Positions 31,777-36,671 of a stretch of DNA of 36,671 nt are shown in pieces. Numbering within the stretch: the first letter of the stretch is position 1; each line of letters begins with the position of its first letter. The translations under genes and the position numbers were made by a program. The stretch is from the NCBI GenBank assembly GCA_002269645.1, contig NIVC01003875.1, positions 1-36,671 on the forward strand, given 5' to 3'. Source of the stretch: Macrostomum lignano. Its lineage: Eukaryota. The notes below the pieces were generated by a model. It ran no database searches. It saw only the letters and a program-made list of their open reading frames with translations, and had not been told where the DNA came from.

Positions 31777-34700
31777 CCCCCTGTTTCTAATAAAAAAGCC
31801 GTGATGTTCCCTTTTTTTCAAATAATATAGATGAACCAAAGTTTTGCTGGAAAAACAAAAGACACGCAGAATTTTTATGCACTAGTTTGGTGTTAATTTG
31901 TAACTAGATTGTTTTAGCTGCAGAACCTGAAGTTTTTAAAAGGCCATACATGTATTGTCGGTTAAACTAATCAGCTGATGCATTTCACTAAAAAATAATA
32001 TTACGATTTCTGTATAACAATCTAAATAACTGTTACAGTGTATCTATTCGTTAACGAAATTTATAAACTCAATTTACTAGACTCATCCTAAACGCTGACT
32101 TCGAATAGTAGAAGTTATTTAGGGTTAGGCGAAGTGACGAAGACTGTTATTATAGCATAACGTGAAAGACAGCGAGTATAAATGAACGAGGCCAGCAGAC
32201 ATAGACCGAAGAGCCGCTAGGTTCTGACCTTCGCTAGGTTACCGGCACTGCCATCAGAGATGTACCCGCGAAATCGCCGAGCTGCGCCAATCTCCGAGCA
32301 TTGAAAGCAGATGTCGCTCCACCACGGCGGAGCGAGTGCGTAGAGAAGCTGAAAGTTTCTGATGTGTCCCTTATTACCCGACTTATGGTAATCAAAGAAC
32401 ACTCACTTCTAGCTCAATAGCTAGGCAGCCCAGTAAGTCAATTAAAGGTACTTCTTACGTTGACGTCGCTTGGAGATATCTCTTCTGTAGTCTTCGAGTA
32501 GATCTCGCTTGTCTCTATGTGATCTCGTAGATCAGGCGCCTTGATTCTTCAGTTGCTCTGGTCCTGGTTCCTCTTGTACTTCCGATAAGTTCCTCCGGCC
32601 GGTATCTTCAGTCAGGACCAATCAGAGGCCTCGTATCAACAATGGGTACCCTGCGCCGAACAGCGGTTTGAATTAAGCCTCCTTCTTCTAGCAGTGCCTT
32701 TATGCACTCTAGGTATGGCTCCGGAAACCACTGATAGTCCTCTAAGATCTATCAGGGGCAGTCCTTCTGGAGACTGCAACCAATGGAGTCTAAACAGACT
32801 CAAGAGTCTCAACAGACTCAAATAGACTCAAGTCTCAATAGACTTGAGCGAGACGTCTCTAACACAACGGGCGCAAATAAGGAAGGCTTACCGCAACAAC
32901 TCGACCGAGTCTCGATTGACTTGGTGATCAGGAAGTCCTCCTAAGGCTTCCTCTTCGGAGCTTCTCCTCTCGTCGGGAGTTGGCTCCTGGTCCGCTTCGG
33001 ACCGCTTGTATTTATAGGCAACTTTTTGATCCAAAATAGCATCATTACAAACCACGTGTTGCGCTAAAAGGGGAAAATGGCTCATGGCGTATCATTTTGG
33101 TAACATCTTTTCCTGGTAGCGTGATTCATTCAAAGCTTAGGCGCACATGCGTGTACTTACTTACTTATAGTAGCATTATACGATTATCTTCTTTTAACCT
33201 TTTTTAACGGGAGGTAGAACACTCTACATTTCCATTCCGGTCTTGCGAAACAAACGCTGCAGGCGGTGGCGAACCTCCACTGAGTCAGAAGGCCACCAAA
33301 ATGGCGGCTCTGACGGACTAAGAATACGGGAAAGCTCTGAGACGTATCGAGAATTAGATTCAGCTGCCAGAGATGTCGGGGCGCAATTTGAGAGCGGCTG
33401 CTGAGCTCGGACCCATGACCGGGAGCTGGAGCTGGTGTGGATGCGCTCACCGATCAGCACTGTCTTTGAACGAGCTACATAGATGGCCCGATTTCGGGTC
33501 ATCCCGCCAGCCCGAAGCGAACGGCCCGCGTTTGCAAAAGTCTATGGCAAATCAACCATCATCTCAGCACACCCGTTGCCGACGGGAATGGCCCGATTTC
33601 GGGTCAGCGTCTAACAATGTTGCAAAGAGTAGATTACGCAAAAAAATATTATTAGCTTAGAGATGTCATACCTGTAATTATAATAACTCGTTTATAATAA
33701 AAATACTGCGGCAGTTTTCAACAAAACTGTAAAAATTGCTTTTACGAAGTAAGCTTGTTCCCAATGAAGCCGGAATAGTCTAATTACATGATTTATTAGG
33801 GACATTTTTAAAGAGGGAAATGATTTACAGACTGGAGCATCTGCAAGATACGAAAAAGTAAGCTGGTACAATGGGTAGGTATTTAGGTAGGTAGGTAGGT
33901 AGGTAGGTAGGTAGGTAGGTAGGTAGGTAGGTAGGTAGGTAGGTAGGTAGGTAGGTTAGGTTAGGGTTAGGGTTAGGGTTAGGCTGAAAATTATTTGGCT
34001 TTTTTTACGCTATCACCTTGATTGCTGAGTGTACAGGCTGAAGTTTGAAGGCAACGAAAATGGAATAAAAAGGTAGACGAGAAGAATAAACAGACGATGC
34101 TGTCATATGTCATGCATGCATAAATTTTCCATCCTAACTTTTTTATGCGTAGCGTTTCTGTGAAGACACTTATATACGAGTAACAATACAACAGCTTCAG
34201 CTTATAGGTTCAAATTTGTAAATTCTGTCCTACTCAAAGCTAAAAAACACGTATGATCATTGTATGAGCATTATGTCGTGTTCCATTTTAATTAACTAAA
34301 AATAAGTTGTTTTGCAGTTGGAAGACATGTGATGTGTTTTAGGAAAAAACGACTCCACAGATTCATTAAACATTCTATCTGTTCTAAAATTAGCAAAGCA
34401 TTCGACTTAAGCGACAGAAGTCCTCGTACACTGTCTTAACAAGTTTTCATTGCTTTCCATAAAGCACCATCCAACCCAGTCAATAGTTTTTTTCACCTGA
34501 GATTTCTTGTAAGACCATTATAGTTTAAATGTACTACACTTCGCTATGCTTTGATAGCAAATTATGAAGATATGAAATCAATTCTCTATATTGATATGAC
34601 CAAAACACCAGAAATACTTCAGGGGGTGATTTCTGAAATGAAGTGTTGAGATACGGCACACTTTTACCTTCAAGGCATTCTGTATTACAATATTTATGAT

Positions 34701-34997
34701 TTATTACGTTCTATATGGATAAACTCGAAACCAAAATCAGCGAAAATTGGAAGTCTTGTGTCAAAATTAGCCTCGAAATTAGTGGAAGAGTTGCCTAGAT
34801 ATTGCCAGATTTGGTTTTATATACTTTAATTAAAAGCTGTCTAAATTTGATGTTCGGCCTGTTTACTGGAAGTTGATTTAATTTAGTGGAAAGAAGATTA
34901 ACGGGCATAAATACGAACAGGAACACTGAAACAGCAGTTTTCCGCTTACTAGCTCGTATGCCATGCCCGCAGCGCCCTGCAGCTGAACCAGACTGCG

Positions 34998-36671
34998 ATG
35001 AAAACATGCACCAGATTTTTTCGTTACTTTCAACTCATTGTGTTTGGCTTGTTATTTTGGTTTTCTCCATCCGGTACGTTTATTCTGTTTTGATTAGAGT
35101 CAGAAAAAACCAGTTTGCTCTTGCTAAAACGTGGGTTACTAAAAACGCAGAGTGCTGTTCCGGTAGGACGCTTTACTCGTCATCTGGAACGATCGCGTGC
35201 CCCTCCTCTGGAGGCCAGTATTCAAACAATTTGGATGTTTCCTGGTCTATTCGACCACGTGGTGTCAGCCGAATCCGATTCAGCAAGCTGGATGTGGATT
35301 CGTGCTGCGACAAAGTTTTAATTTATGAAAGCGCAATCTACGCATCAAGCAGCTCAGAGAAGTTTCGACTTGTGCATGCAAACGCGACTGAGTCTGAGTT
35401 CTGGGTGAATTCGCCCTTTGTTGTGCGGTTTCGAAGTGACGGGTTTCACACGAGATCCGGATTTCGGCTTTCTTACGAACGCCAGTGGGAATCGATTCCA
35501 GGTGAATTTTATGCCTTACGTTTATAACAGCACTCTGGTTGACTTTTGCTGATTTATTTGATCTCGGATGAAAATGGAATTTCAGCTGCTACTGAGGTCA
35601 TTCGGCAGAGAAGCGGTGTCAGACGGAGCCATCCAGATGTCGGGTCCTACCGCAATAACTACAAAAAAGCTTGGAGTATTTACGTGCCCAGAAATTCCCG
35701 TGTTTTCATTCGATTCACAAAGTTCAACACGGAATCTGGCCGCGACTATCTTAGGATATATTCAGGACTTGTTCCGCGATATCAACACACGGCTCTGCAA
35801 GCGATTTCAGGCAATCATAGAATTCTTCATCCGTCATACACGTTTTCGCATAGCGTTACCCTAATTTTCACTACTGACGGCTCTGTTGTCCGTGAAGGGT
35901 TCGAATTTGAGTTCAATGTCCGTGAGTGATACAAGACGTCAACAGTATCTGGCAGTTTTTTCAGTTTTATTCAATTCAGAAGTTAAACTGTTCAGTGCAG
36001 AAAATATAAGTTAAAAGTTATGCAATCTTATGTTTATAGTTTCTTTTCTCGGCCAGATACGGACAGAGAAGCAACATAGTTTCCATAGTTACTCGTAGTT
36101 ACATAAATCTGAATAAGTCTCAACATTGTTTATGTTGATGCAGGTTATTTGTACTACGGATTATGCGCCATCGGCCTATCGATTATAATGGATAATTAGT
36201 TTTAAGCAATGAGAAGAGAACTCTTATAAATTCTCTTTAGATTACATAAATATTATCAACTTCCACAAAAAATCTTAACGCTGCTACATTTACTCAGTTT
36301 GATACTCTTTACAGATGATCATGAATTACTGTGGATCTTTTCAAAATGGACCAGAATGGCCATAGGTGGCTCGAAATTCAGTTTTTCACTGCTTTCTATG
36401 GATCGAAATGTATCAGCTAGGTGTTACTTAGATCTTGAATGTGGAAGGCAAACTTCGGAGATCGCAATGAATTCCGTAAGCCGGGCATTTATCTGCATTA
36501 AATTTTCGAAAAAAGTGCTATATACGAGCGTAATTACTGGTTTAAGTTTTTCTTATAACTTTGCATAGTGAAGGTAATATCTCTTGACCTTTCAAGTTTG
36601 CATTCAAAAGCTTGGACAAATTTAAAGAGCCTCAGATTATATATGAATTGTTTTTGCAATTCCTCCAGACG
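34998..36671 (+). CDS. Same receptor gene, copy 3 (partial: exons 1-4 and first codon of exon 5)
   Basis: Exons 34998-35073, 35151-35501, 35586-35921, 36315-36475, and exon 5 starting at 36669. The ORF-track translations are identical to copy 1. Confidence 0.87.

Larger units (their letters stand above)
31190..36671 (+). repeat. Tandem array unit 3 (partial, cut by window end)
   Basis: Near-identical to 121-5600. The window ends at the first codon of exon 5 (CCTCCAG|ACG). Confidence 0.97.

Noticed and set aside
1-36671. Species assignment
   Set aside because: Intron size, TTAGGG and transposon content fit many invertebrates. Nothing diagnostic can be established without a search.

Overview
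Eukaryotic (most likely invertebrate metazoan) genomic DNA lying wholly inside a head-to-tail tandem array of a ~15.2-15.9 kb unit. Unit 1 is 121-15276, unit 2 is 15277-31189 and unit 3 is 31190-36671 (partial). Positions 1-120 are the tail of an upstream unit. Copies are almost identical. Each unit carries one spliced + strand gene that the ORF track shows only in pieces. Following GT-AG sites and exon phases gives 12 exons (copy 1: 3927-4002, 4080-4430, 4515-4850, 5244-5404, 5598-5745, 5902-6071, 6279-6429, 6959-7122, 7328-7469, 7574-7740, 7813-7966, 8041-8291; 2271 nt, 756 codons plus stop). The product is a type I membrane protein: signal peptide, CUB, CUB, four ~105-aa four-cysteine modules I cannot assign to a family (order X1-Y1-X2-Y2), a transmembrane helix and a short tail with NQYY. 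Copies 1 and 2 both carry an in-frame TGA in exon 5. Copy 2 also has a sharply bounded divergent patch over exons 11-12, including a frameshift just before the TM helix. The rest of the unit is transposon debris: tRNA-derived SINEs, an internally deleted Tc1 (DD34E) element, MITE-like elements, a piggyBac remnant, a probable Kolobok/Mutator-like remnant and simple repeats. A 783-bp segment is missing from the unit 1/2 junction only. All alignments and translations were done by eye and no database search was run.
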